Source: Candidatus Hodarchaeaceae archaeon
GTDB lineage: Archaea > Hadarchaeota > Hadarchaeia > Hadarchaeales > Hadarchaeaceae
Assembly (NCBI GenBank): GCA_030018135.1
Contig: JASEGJ010000008.1
Coordinates: 1-45,750, forward strand
Direction: 5' to 3'
DNA length: 45,750 bases
Shown: one piece after another, positions 30,240 to 39,911 of the stretch
Position numbering within the stretch: the stretch's first letter is position 1
Layout of the letters: the number at the start of each line of letters is the position of its first letter
Translations under genes and position numbers: made by a program
The notes under the pieces: generated by a model
The model's database searches: none
Seen by the model: the letters and a program-made list of their open reading frames with translations, nothing else
What the model was told of the DNA's origin: nothing

Positions 30240-31869
30240 TTATTCCTCATGTTCCTCAATGTACGTGTCGAGAAACTTCCAGCACCAACCCAAAAGCGGA
30301 TGCGCCCTGTAGCCCTTGAGCTCGGCTCGATGGGCCATGAACATTGCGCGCTCCACTGTCGGTGTAATAACTGCATCGTCCATGATCAGCCTTTGGCTTT
30401 CGTAAAGGGCCGCGAGGGCCGTATCGCTGTCGAGCAAAAACGTGTTCTCGATGACGGCGTCCGAATAATCGCTGCCCCACCAGAATCTGTTCGGCCCGGG
30501 GGGCAACCGCACCCTGTGCCAGAGCCACCAAATCATGTCCGCATTGTGCCAAGTGTAACCCATGATGAACATGTCAAATTGAGCCTTGGTGATACAGTCG
30601 ATGAGCAGCCCGAACTCCAAAACTTGGATCGATAGGTCGACTCCGACCAGCTTCCACTGCTCCCTTAAGATCTCCGCCAGCCTCGGGTACGGCGGGGCCG
30701 AAGTGGTGAGTAACTCCAGATTCAGGCCGTCTGCGTACCCCGCCTCGGCCAACAACTGCCTCGCCTTATCCGGATTATATTGGTAATAATTTTCGACCCC
30801 AGGCCAGTAGCCCCATATGGAGGACACAAGCGGCCCATGAGCTGGAAGTCCCATGCCCTCGTAGGCGTACTCGACCAAGTTTTCCTGATAGGTGGCGTAG
30901 TTCAGCGCCTGCCTCACCCGGACATCGTTGCATGGCGAGGGCCTTTTGGTTTCTGGCCATGAGCGCACGGGGTAGTTCGCTGGCACCGGGAAGAGCGTGG
31001 GCGAACTGACGTTGAATCCGATGTAAACCATGGATGAGTAGGGCTTCTTGAGCATCACGATATCTGGGTTCCTCTCCCACCTCTCGAACAGCTCGGCGCG
31101 GGGGGCAGCTTGCTCCAACATGTGGACCCTTCCAGCCTCGAGCTCGGCCTCCTGCACCAGGGACTCCGGGATGACCCTGAATATGATCCCGTCCAGGTGC
31201 GCCGGGCCGCGGTTTTGATAGCGCGCGGGACCCCACTTGTAGTCCGGGTTTCGCTCAAGCACGATCCTGTCGTCCCGAATCCACTCCTTGACCCTGAACG
31301 GCCCCGTGCCGCAGAACTTGCTCACGCCGTAGTCCTCCCCGTATTCCTTAACACAGTGCGGGCAAACTATGACACTCGAAGTCGTGGCGAACCAATCGAC
31401 GAGGAATCTATCCTCTTTCTTCAGGTGAACCCTCACGGTGTACTCGTCCACCACCTCGACATCCAAAATGTTCTTCACAGAGTCCTTATGCTTGGAAGGG
31501 GGCCAATCCTTCGCCCTCTCGATGCTGAACTTCACCGCCTCGGCGTTGAACGGCTCGCCGCAGTGGAACTTCACGTCGTCCCTGAGGTGGAAGGTGATGC
31601 TGAGCCCGTCAGGGGCAACCTCCCAAGATTTCGCCAGCAGGGGCATGTCCCCAGTCGAAAGTCATGAGAGTGTCGCATATTAGACCTATCACACGGGTCG
31701 CGGGATCAAAAACCGTTCGATGTATGTCCAAGATGTCCGCGTCCTGGCTCTGGACGATTACCAACACCCCGCCCTTCGGCACGGGCGGGGCCCTGGGCAC
31801 GAGGATATACGCCACCGCGAGTATGATCAAAATCACTATTGCTGCCGTGCCCACCTTAACCCTGACCAC
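30240..31869 (-). pseudogene. dppA: Family-5 substrate-binding protein (DppA) split by a frameshift near 31650
   Basis: 31609..31869 encodes the TM anchor and ...ICDTLMTFDW; 30240..31646 continues in another frame with PLLAKSWEV...TFHLR.DVKFH.G.PFNAEAVKFS and GTGPF. The break is at CCCC 31649-31652. Confidence 0.8.
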
Positions 31870-31902
31870 ATGCCAACCTCGTGTTGCTTTTCGATGATAT
31901 CA

Positions 31903-31941
31903 AAGAAAAAGTAAGGGATTCGTCGGCGTTTTCCCTTACTT
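31903..31941 (-). terminator. Hairpin plus U-tract between the surface-protein gene and dppA
   Basis: On the minus strand: AAGTAAGGGA-N13-TCCCTTACTT followed by TTTCTTT. Confidence 0.6.
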
Positions 31942-32022
31942 CAGTTAGGGATTACGATCGTGGCCGACATCGGTACGATCACAGAGGAGCTAGCATCGAT
32001 GTCGCGATACCCTCGTACCGAG

Positions 32023-34476
32023 TTATTCCTTCTTCCTTCGCTTCAACGTCAAGTATGCCGCTATCGCTATTATCACTATTACGACGATCGCTGCGATCAC
32101 TGCCCACGGTATCTCGGCTATCTCGGCGGGCGGAGCCTCTTCCGCGGTCAACCTGAACTCCAATTCATCTGATGCCCCAGTCCCAGTTACTTTTGCCTTT
32201 AGGTCGTCCCTCGTGATGGCATCCACCTTGGGCGTCGTTATCGTTATTTTGACCTCGGCGCTCTGCCCGGGTGATATTGTTACCTCCCCGCGCTCAAGCT
32301 CGACCGGCCAACCCTTTGTGCTTGTGACGGCGATCCTATACGTATTTGTCTCGGTGCCCTCGTTCGTGATCGTCAGGGTGAAGACCCCTTTCTCCCCGCC
32401 TTTCACCGTCGGTCCCTTTCCTGGATCCCATGATCCCTTTACCGAAACCGCATACGGCGAGTACCAAACCTCGTGATCCACGAGGTAAACGCGGGGGTCC
32501 CATGGCCAGCGGTTATACTTTTCGTTGTCGGTCACTTGGTCGTCCTGCACCCTGATGCCTGCCCCCAACGCCTCGAGAATCGGGTTAGTGTTGAAGGGTC
32601 TGGTGTAGCCACCATAATCGGCCTGCTCGCCGAGGAACAGGCCCCCGCCCGCGAGTACCCAGTCGCGGATGGCCGTGATCTCGGCACTTGTAAGGGATCG
32701 CTCCGGGGTGACGAACATGAGCACGCTGTACGGCGCGAGGCGCTCCGAGGTTATCCCATCGGTGTAGGTGTGGACCGTGTAGCCCTGACCTTCCAAGAAA
32801 TTGAGCCACAACTCCATGCGATCCTTGTTGTGGAAGGCCGTGGAGGGGGTCCAGTAGAAGAGCACGCTGTGCTGCGCCGCGTTCTCGTACCGCACCAACC
32901 AGCCCACCATGCGCGAGCCAATCTCCCTGAGCCTCAACGCCTCGACGCTGAAGTGGTCCGTCGGCGCGCTCCGGAAGCTGGCTCCGCCGCCGTGGACTAT
33001 GACCCTGCCTCCTCCAACCTCTGCAGCCGCGGCTATGATCGGGAACTCGCCCCTGCCGAACGGCACCGGGTAGGGCTCGCGGTAGGATTCATCGAGGGTG
33101 CAAGCGGTTTCCGTCCCGATGATGATCGGCTGCGCGGGGGATTCGACGGTGAGCGAGGGCGTGCTGAAGACATAGTAGTATTCGTCCTTTCTGTATATCG
33201 GGTATGGGGGTTCTGCCGTCGGGAAGTACGGTGCCGTCGATAGGAAGACCGAGTCCTCGACGCCTGTGCCACTTGCCGTGATCTTGACCACGTTTCTGAC
33301 CTTCTTCGTTATGGCCGGGTCGACGGTGATCCTGACCGCTACCCTGTACACCTCGCCCGCTGCGAGCGAGAGCGTGGATGGCGAGACCTCTATCCCCCAC
33401 CCCAAGTTATCGGTCGCGGTTACGGTGTAGTTGTCGTCGAGGGTGCCCGTATTGGCGACGGCAACGATCGTTACGATGTCCTTCCCGGGTTCTTGAGTGA
33501 CCAACGTGGGTCTGAAGTTGTTGTCCACCCGAGGGGATTGCTTCGGCTCGGTTTCGAGAAACGTTACCGCTACCGTCCTCAACGCGGGCGGGGCGAGCGT
33601 GCAAATGCTGTACAACCCGATCTCCGTCTTTCCGATGGCAGCCTGGTAGGCAGCCCCTATCTCGGTCGTGGTGTCGACATCGAGGACTGGCTGGTATGCG
33701 CCGTACCAATAATTGGTCGTATCGCTCATCTGGTCCATCTGGAACCAGAGCCCGAAGCCGAGGGCGGAGAGTATCTTGTTCTGCACCTTGTAGTAGTTGT
33801 GTCCGCCGTAGTCGGAGGCATCCATGACGAGCAGGCCCTTGCCCTTCTCCTCGACGAAGGCCTTGATGGCGTCAACACTTGCTTCAGGCAGGAAGTCCGG
33901 ATCTCCTCCCGTCGCGGCAGTGCCGAGCTGGAACTGAGGTACGACAAGGATGTCGTACGGCGCGAGAAGGCTCGCGGTGATGGGCTCGGTGCTGTCGCCC
34001 GTAATCGTATATCCCAAAGCTTCGAGCGCGGCTACGAGCTGCGCGCATCGCTCGGTGTTGTTGTAGACCCCGTAGCCCTCGTACCAGAGCACCTTGGCCG
34101 CGCCGGGTTTCATCCACCGGAATGCCTTGTCGAGCAGGATATCGAGGTGGGGTAGTGGGTTCGCTCGGCCCGCCCTCGCATCGTTCCACCTGCCGTCCCG
34201 AGCGGTGGCTGCGAGGCCCGCGGCGACGACCGCCCCGGCGCCGATCCTCTGGGCCGCCATTATGGGCGGGCGATCGCCGGCTACGTAGAATTTCCACGGT
34301 TTATCTCCAGTTTGGTTTATGTTAAAGGCGGTTTCCTTTCCGCGGACGATGACGATGACCTCCGGATTTTCTGCGACTGTAAAGCTCGAAGTTATGAATG
34401 TCAACGTCGCTGTGATCATTAGGATAGATATCAAAATGCCGCTCCTTGTGATCGCTTTACGATTTTTCGTTTTCAT
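32023..34476 (-). CDS. Secreted, C-terminally anchored surface protein with two DUF4350/GATase-like domains and two Ig-like domains
   Basis: Signal peptide; duplicated ITxxxLAPYxxL...DYGG modules; NTGTLDDNYTVT and NEGTETNTYRI Ig-like units; C-terminal TM plus KRRKKE. Confidence 0.8.
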   Translation of the reverse strand: MKTKNRKAITRSGILISILMITATLTFITSSFTVAENPEVIVIVRGKETAFNINQTGDKPWKFYVAGDRPPIMAAQRIGAGAVVAAGLAATARDGRWNDARAGRANPLPHLDILLDKAFRWMKPGAAKVLWYEGYGVYNNTERCAQLVAALEALGYTITGDSTEPITASLLAPYDILVVPQFQLGTAATGGDPDFLPEASVDAIKAFVEEKGKGLLVMDASDYGGHNYYKVQNKILSALGFGLWFQMDQMSDTTNYWYGAYQPVLDVDTTTEIGAAYQAAIGKTEIGLYSICTLAPPALRTVAVTFLETEPKQSPRVDNNFRPTLVTQEPGKDIVTIVAVANTGTLDDNYTVTATDNLGWGIEVSPSTLSLAAGEVYRVAVRITVDPAITKKVRNVVKITASGTGVEDSVFLSTAPYFPTAEPPYPIYRKDEYYYVFSTPSLTVESPAQPIIIGTETACTLDESYREPYPVPFGRGEFPIIAAAAEVGGGRVIVHGGGASFRSAPTDHFSVEALRLREIGSRMVGWLVRYENAAQHSVLFYWTPSTAFHNKDRMELWLNFLEGQGYTVHTYTDGITSERLAPYSVLMFVTPERSLTSAEITAIRDWVLAGGGLFLGEQADYGGYTRPFNTNPILEALGAGIRVQDDQVTDNEKYNRWPWDPRVYLVDHEVWYSPYAVSVKGSWDPGKGPTVKGGEKGVFTLTITNEGTETNTYRIAVTSTKGWPVELERGEVTISPGQSAEVKITITTPKVDAITRDDLKAKVTGTGASDELEFRLTAEEAPPAEIAEIPWAVIAAIVVIVIIAIAAYLTLKRRKKE

Positions 34477-35446
34477 AATCTACCTCCCAAAGAAGATGAG
34501 GGCCGACTTTTATAAATGTTTTGGAGGGAAAAAAATATTTTTTGCCCGCCAAAGACCACGAGAAAATCAAAAGCATTGCGGCGAGCATTGGTGCCGCTGT
34601 TAAAGGATTTAGGCCCATGCTGGCTGCGCGGGTTTTCGAGGTTTCGAATGTAAGTTTGTAATGGGGCTCCTCCAGCCAGACGCCCTCGAGGTGGTTTCTC
34701 GCCCTTATCTCCACCTCGACCTCGCCACCCTTGGGCTTTACGAAGAGGAAGATCGATTCGTACTGTTTGTTCCAATCTATGGAATTGACCCCGAACGACA
34801 TGAACCCGTAGGGGGTGTTTTCAACCAACACCCACCGATGAAGATGCCCGTGGAACCACACATCGACGACGACATCGCCCTCGAACGCCGTCTGCAACTT
34901 GGGCCAGACGTTCCATTGATAGTAGGGCTGGTGGGAGAAGATGAAGATCGGCTTGTCCCTGTTGGTATGGAGCTCCGCCCACAGCCAGTCGAACTGCTCG
35001 TCGCCCATGACCCCGCCGCCGTAGTGGACGTAATTCTCCCAGCCCTTTTCGTCCGATATCAGCACGAACCTAATTCCAGCCACATCGATGCCCCTATATG
35101 ACAATGGAAGCACGGCCTCCCCCGTGTCGCGGTCAAAGTCGTGGTTGCCCAAAACGTAGTACCATCCCCTGACCTTCAGGTTTTCCATCATCCCTGCGAT
35201 CGGTGGAAAACTGCGGTGGCTGTCGTTCGCGAGGTCCCCCAGGCAGATGGCGTAGTCCGCTATTTGAAGTCTGTTCACGTCCTCGATGGCAGTGCGTAGG
35301 TACCTTTCGTCTCCCGGGAAAACGTGAGGGTCGGTAAACACCCACCAGACCTGCTCGCCGTCGCCCCGGGTGACGATGAAGCCCGTGGCCGCGAACGCGC
35401 ACGCCGCGACGACCGCAGCCGCAACCATGATAATTTTCGAACCCAT
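34457..35446 (-). CDS. Secreted calcineurin-like metallophosphoesterase
   Basis: DPH, GD, GNHD, SH and GHLH motifs; N-terminal signal/TM and a hydrophobic C-terminus. Confidence 0.88.
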   Translation of the reverse strand: MGSKIIMVAAAVVAACAFAATGFIVTRGDGEQVWWVFTDPHVFPGDERYLRTAIEDVNRLQIADYAICLGDLANDSHRSFPPIAGMMENLKVRGWYYVLGNHDFDRDTGEAVLPLSYRGIDVAGIRFVLISDEKGWENYVHYGGGVMGDEQFDWLWAELHTNRDKPIFIFSHQPYYQWNVWPKLQTAFEGDVVVDVWFHGHLHRWVLVENTPYGFMSFGVNSIDWNKQYESIFLFVKPKGGEVEVEIRARNHLEGVWLEEPHYKLTFETSKTRAASMGLNPLTAAPMLAAMLLIFSWSLAGKKYFFPSKTFIKVGPHLLWEVDYENEKS

Positions 35447-35469
35447 GTTTTCACCTCACGAACTCACGA

Positions 35470-36558
35470 TCACTCAAGCCAGCTCGAGTAGACGCTCCCC
35501 CAGTCCCTTTGGAATATCTTCATCAAATCCCCGACCACCTCGGGGGATCTGACCATCACGCCGACATCCCTGCCCCCGTCGGTTATGTACCGGATGTCGA
35601 TGTTGGCGCTCCCGACGTAGGCCCACTCGTTGTCGACCACGATGACCTTGGGGTGGGCCGAGTATGGATGTCTGATGACCGTCACGCCCACCCCCTCACG
35701 TCCCGCGAGCTCCTTGAGGGCGTACTCCCATTTGAGGGACTCCTTGTCCACCATCACCTCCACCCTGACGCCTCGGTCGAGCGCGCTCACCAAGGCCTCC
35801 CTGAGCTTGGGGGGCATGCCGTTGTATATGTACATGTAGATGTAGACATTTTTTTCCGCGCGATCTATCAGCGCGGCGAACGCGTCGAGGGTGCGGGTGA
35901 CCTCCACGGGCACCTCCGGACCGTTGGCCACCGGGATCACCCAATCCGCCCCCCAATATTCACTGCCCCTCGGCTCCCCGCCCGCCGCGACCCAGCCGCT
36001 CTCGAAGATATATGTGTAGGTCCCAGCCATCTCCTCGCCGTAAAGCGTAAGATTCACCTCGCGGTTGAAGGTCAAGGCGTAGTAGCTCCAGTTGGTGCTC
36101 CCGACGCTCACCACCTTCCCATCCACTATCATGTACTTCGCGTGCGTCTGTCTGGGGAATGGCAGCGCGGTTATCCCCTCGTGCTGGTCGAGTTCCTTCA
36201 CTATGTCTCGAGCGTAGTTTCGCCCGTCCACGAGGATCCTGATCTCAACGCCCCGATCGGCGGCATCCTTGAGGGCACTGTAGACATCGCCCAGGGGGCC
36301 TTGGGGAGGATTGAGGTAGTAGGCTTCGATATCTATGGTATATTTTGCCTCTCGAATTAGCTTGAGCCAAGTATCTGCGATGTCGTCTATCTTGGGATCG
36401 TTCAGCTCCGGGGGCGCGGTCTCGGTCACCTCGATGCTCGGCGCGGCCGGCGGCGTCGAGCTGAGCGAGCGGTAGCCGGCGTAGCCGACGGTTATCGCGA
36501 CGGCAACGAGCGCCGCGATGACCGGAACAACCCTTGCAGATTTGCCCTTCAAGTCCAC
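35470..36558 (-). CDS. Membrane-anchored phospholipase D-superfamily enzyme (two HKD motifs)
   Basis: HAKYMIVDGK...GSTN and HPKVIVVDNE...GSAN; N-terminal TM. Confidence 0.92.
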   Translation of the reverse strand: MDLKGKSARVVPVIAALVAVAITVGYAGYRSLSSTPPAAPSIEVTETAPPELNDPKIDDIADTWLKLIREAKYTIDIEAYYLNPPQGPLGDVYSALKDAADRGVEIRILVDGRNYARDIVKELDQHEGITALPFPRQTHAKYMIVDGKVVSVGSTNWSYYALTFNREVNLTLYGEEMAGTYTYIFESGWVAAGGEPRGSEYWGADWVIPVANGPEVPVEVTRTLDAFAALIDRAEKNVYIYMYIYNGMPPKLREALVSALDRGVRVEVMVDKESLKWEYALKELAGREGVGVTVIRHPYSAHPKVIVVDNEWAYVGSANIDIRYITDGGRDVGVMVRSPEVVGDLMKIFQRDWGSVYSSWLE

Positions 36559-37493
36559 CCCTCGGCCGCCTGTTTCATGCTATCCTCTGCCATCACAGGG
36601 GGTCTGCGCGTCGCCTTATTAATTTTTGGGCTGGTGGCTGGTTGGGCTCGCTTCCTCAAGACGTATGTAATTACGACCAAGGCGAAGGCCATCGCCGCGA
36701 TGGCTACGGCAGCCCAAGCGGTTCTCGGTCCCTCCTCGGTCGATACCCCGGCCTTCACCAATCCGGCATCTATCAACGCCGTATACCAGATGTCGGCCGT
36801 CAACCTTACGGCGACGTTGAGCCTGTTCTCGGTTATCCCCCTTAAAACATCGTTCCAAAGTACCCCCTGCACCAGCCAATAGCTCACCTTATCGCTTTCA
36901 TAGCCCGCGTATCCAAAGCTATCTAGGGCGACCTCGACCGTCGCCTGAAAGACGTTCTCGAGTAACCTAGGTTCGTAATCGTAAATCGTTATCTCGTGTA
37001 GCATCCCATCCACCCCGTCCTCGAATGCAACGTGCCTCCCCCCAGGGTTGTAGTCCGAGGTCGCATGGAGCGGCATCGTGATGTCCGTGGCGTAATGGGT
37101 TATCGCTCCCGCGAGCAGAGCGGCGCGCTCCCAGTCCCTAGCCCTCAGGCTCTCGACGAACATGAGGTAGTTATCGGCCAATGCCCAGGGGAGCATACCC
37201 AGTTCCGGATTCACCCCATCGGGGGATAGGTCTACATCGTAGAAGTGCCTGTATCGCTCGCTCGGGTCCTCGCCCCGCCATTTTATGTCGGGATAGATGG
37301 AGTACTCGACGACGAGGTCGCCGAACGCGTTGAAGAAGGGCTCTTCGGGGAGCAGCCCCATCGCCCGCTCGGCGACGAATTTGTGGGCCCTCAGGCCCCA
37401 ACCCCGCACCTCCGCGACTGAGGCGGAACTCAAAATGAGAACCACGAGGACGACGAAGGAAGCTCGGAAGATTAAACGACCGTGAGCCATCAT
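36549..37493 (-). CDS. Secreted S1/P1 nuclease / Zn-dependent phospholipase C family protein
   Basis: Signal peptide then WGLRAH; PD, HFYD, HYATDITMPLH and HVAFE zinc ligands; C-terminal TM plus RKR. Confidence 0.88.
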   Translation of the reverse strand: MMAHGRLIFRASFVVLVVLILSSASVAEVRGWGLRAHKFVAERAMGLLPEEPFFNAFGDLVVEYSIYPDIKWRGEDPSERYRHFYDVDLSPDGVNPELGMLPWALADNYLMFVESLRARDWERAALLAGAITHYATDITMPLHATSDYNPGGRHVAFEDGVDGMLHEITIYDYEPRLLENVFQATVEVALDSFGYAGYESDKVSYWLVQGVLWNDVLRGITENRLNVAVRLTADIWYTALIDAGLVKAGVSTEEGPRTAWAAVAIAAMAFALVVITYVLRKRAQPATSPKINKATRRPPVMAEDSMKQAAEGWT

Positions 37494-37612
37494 TTGCCCC
37501 CTAAATTAATTGCGGACGTGCTTTTAAAGCTGCGCTGCATTAACTATTCAGCCGTTTGGTGGAGGCTAGTTCGGGGCGTGGCCTAGGCCGCCTATGTGGT
37601 GGGCGCCTTCGC

Positions 37613-37946
37613 TGTCACAGCTGTGACGTCGGGGCAGCGCCGCGGATGTCACACCTGTGACACGAGGCGCGCGATTTTGCCCGCTTATAAACGACCTCCA
37701 CCCAAAGCCCTCGCGGGCTATGCCGAACTCGTATCTGATCGTCTACGACATAAGGGAGCTCGACTGCGGGACGAGACAGCGGGTGAGCCGGCGCCTCAGA
37801 AAAATCCGCGCGGTGAGGCTTCAGCAATCGGTGTGGGAGTCGAGCAGACTGGCGGAGCTGAAGAACCTAGCCGACTCGATCGGTCTGGCCGGCGGGAAGG
37901 CGTTGGTGTTGGAGAAGCGAACAGTCCACTTGTCACACCTGTGACA
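37613..37946. repeat. Three 16-bp palindromes TGTCACA-NN-TGTGACA
   Basis: TGTCACAGCTGTGACG at 37613-37628; TGTCACACCTGTGACA at 37647-37662 and 37931-37946 (identical). Confidence 0.88.
37720..37944 (+). CDS. Orphan Cas2-like (ferredoxin-fold Cas2/VapD/PaaX-type) small protein, 74 aa
   Basis: YLIVYDI...RQRVSRRLRKIRAVRLQQSVWE matches the Cas2 pattern; TATA-like CTTATAAA at 37684-37691. Confidence 0.72.
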   Translation: MPNSYLIVYDIRELDCGTRQRVSRRLRKIRAVRLQQSVWESSRLAELKNLADSIGLAGGKALVLEKRTVHLSHL

Positions 37947-38030
37947 AACATGTGCTCGCACCGGAGAAATTTTCAGCGCGCTCCTAAGCCCCAGGCGGGG
38001 GACTGCGGAATTTCGGACTTAATGCGCGAG

Positions 38031-39422
38031 TTATTTCCTCTTGAAGTAGAGGATCGCCGCTAAAGCCGCAATGGCGACGACCACCCCGGCGGTCGCTATT
38101 GGGATCCCCGCCGGCTCGCTGGGTGTAGCCTTTTGGATGACCAGCTCATCGAAGACATCTCCATTTGCGTCGATCGCCCTCATGTGGAGCGTCCCGTTCT
38201 CGTAGATGTCCAGCAGGACGAAGTGATACCTGGGCTCGGGACCGAATGCGGTGAACCACTTGGGGCGGTAGCCGGTGTACAGCGGCGCTCCCCAGCCGCC
38301 GCTCACCACGTAGGTGACGCCATTCTCGAGCGACACGACCTCGCCGGGCGCCCTGGTCCAGTCGAGCGGGTGGGAGCGCTCGTAGGTGTGGAAGTGACTC
38401 ATCAACACCAGGTCGACGCGGTACCTGTCGAACAGAAAAGCCAAATTGTCTATCATGTACTTGACCTCCGACCTGGCGGAGACCATGTCCCTGTGGAAGA
38501 CCACTATCTTCCAGAGGTAGTCCTTGGACGCCTCCAGCTCGCCCCCCAGCCAGTCGACCTGCTCCTTCCAAGCTTCTGAGTTGGGGTCCAAAATCTCGCT
38601 GTCCAGCACTATTATCCGCAGGTCGGGCCCCCAGCTCAGCGCGTACCAGCGCTCGTTGCCCGGCAGGTCGAACAGCGCGTAGTAGTTCATGGCGTGGGCG
38701 CTCGGGTCGTAGTCCGTGGGCTGCGGATAGATTATCTCGTGGTTCCCTATCGCCGGGACGATCGGGATCATCAGGCCCTCGGGGGTGACCCAGTATTGGT
38801 ACATCGCCGAAAACCAGCCGTCCCAGGTGTCCGGCGCCACTTGGTCGTCACCGTTCCAGAGGAAATCCCCGCTGAAGACGGCAAACGATGGGCTGCGCTG
38901 CGCCATGAGCTCCGAGGTATTGTTCCTAGACACCGGCCAATCGGGGTGGGGATGGGTGGGCCTCGTGTCCGACCTCGAGTCGCCCCCGACGACGAGGCTG
39001 AAGCTCGTCCTGCTCGCCGGGGCGGTGCGGAAGGCCCGCTCCTCGCTCCATCCGTAGCTGGAATGCCCGGCGATGAAGTAGTAGACGGTGTCCGGCTTCA
39101 AGCCCGTGAGCTCGACGTGGTGGATGTAGCCCTCGAACTTCGCGGTGGTTATCCCCTCGCTGCCCGAGGCGCGATAGCGGTACGCCTCCGGGTCTCCGCC
39201 CCTCGACTGCGTGTCGTAGCGCACCTCGCCCGCATAGTTGCCGGTCGTGCGCCAGCTGACGTTGATGCTGTGGGCGGTGTCGTCGCTTGCCCAGGTGAGG
39301 TAGACGTAGGCCGGCGGGTCCTGAGCCAAGGCGAATGCCGGGGAAACCGCGGCGCTCGATAGCATCAGCGCGATCGCCGCCAGCGGGATGATCGCCGCGA
39401 TTTTTCCCCCTATATCACCCAT
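38031..39422 (-). CDS. Secreted purple acid phosphatase-like metallophosphoesterase with FN3 domain
   Basis: Signal peptide; HHVELTGLKPDTVYYF; GDSR, SGD, GNHE, VFH and SHFHTYERS motifs; C-terminal TM plus KRK. Confidence 0.92.
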   Translation of the reverse strand: MGDIGGKIAAIIPLAAIALMLSSAAVSPAFALAQDPPAYVYLTWASDDTAHSINVSWRTTGNYAGEVRYDTQSRGGDPEAYRYRASGSEGITTAKFEGYIHHVELTGLKPDTVYYFIAGHSSYGWSEERAFRTAPASRTSFSLVVGGDSRSDTRPTHPHPDWPVSRNNTSELMAQRSPSFAVFSGDFLWNGDDQVAPDTWDGWFSAMYQYWVTPEGLMIPIVPAIGNHEIIYPQPTDYDPSAHAMNYYALFDLPGNERWYALSWGPDLRIIVLDSEILDPNSEAWKEQVDWLGGELEASKDYLWKIVVFHRDMVSARSEVKYMIDNLAFLFDRYRVDLVLMSHFHTYERSHPLDWTRAPGEVVSLENGVTYVVSGGWGAPLYTGYRPKWFTAFGPEPRYHFVLLDIYENGTLHMRAIDANGDVFDELVIQKATPSEPAGIPIATAGVVVAIAALAAILYFKRK

Positions 39423-39503
39423 GACATCAACCTGCCACCGAATTTAGGGTCCTCCTATTTAAATGAATTCCTCTCGCCTCTCGCCAGATTCCTATGGGTC
39501 TTT

Positions 39504-39911
39504 CTACTGTGGCAAATTCTCCCTCACCCAGTTCAGAAATCGCCCTGCGGCCTTCACCGATTCTTCCGCTTCCCCCCTAAATATCTCTCTGCTCGTACTC
39601 CGCTAGGGTCTTGCTTCCAACGACCCTCCTGAACTGACTCGCCGCTCTTTCCCGCCCTCCGGCTCCGCTATCCCTTTTTCTTTAAGAAGGTGTGCCGCGT
39701 CCCCGTGCTTTTCGCCTGCATGCTTCCGCCGCAGGTAAAATGCGGTTAGTGCATCGAGAGCACCTATCGCGGCGTGAGCCGCGCATCCGGCGGCCGCGTT
39801 CACATTGCCCTTGAAAAGCGAGTACTTCGCGGCGTCTAGGAACTCCTCCGATTTCTTGAGGAAAACCTTGTAGGAACCCTTCAGAACGGGTTTGGTCCTT
39901 ATCGTCATCAC
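39504..39911 (-). pseudogene. HEPN-domain toxin with two frameshifts
   Basis: KSEEFLDAA...AAHAAIGALDAL...H; continues in shifted frames as FRRVVGSKTLAEYE and EAEESVKAAGRFLNWVRENLPQ* (stop 39504-39506). Confidence 0.78.

Noticed and set aside
35509-36360. Long antisense ORFs (35509..36360, 32473..33243, 41823..42578, 9617..10348, 1655..2377 and similar)
   Set aside because: They are shadows of well-supported genes in GC-rich DNA and show no recognisable motifs.
37613-37946. CRISPR mini-array next to the Cas2-like gene
   Set aside because: Repeats are 16 bp with one 18-bp gap, and the third copy is at the far end of the gene.
37596-38063. 155-aa plus-strand ORF over the Cas2-like gene
   Set aside because: No motifs; it overlaps a better-supported frame that has its own TATA box.
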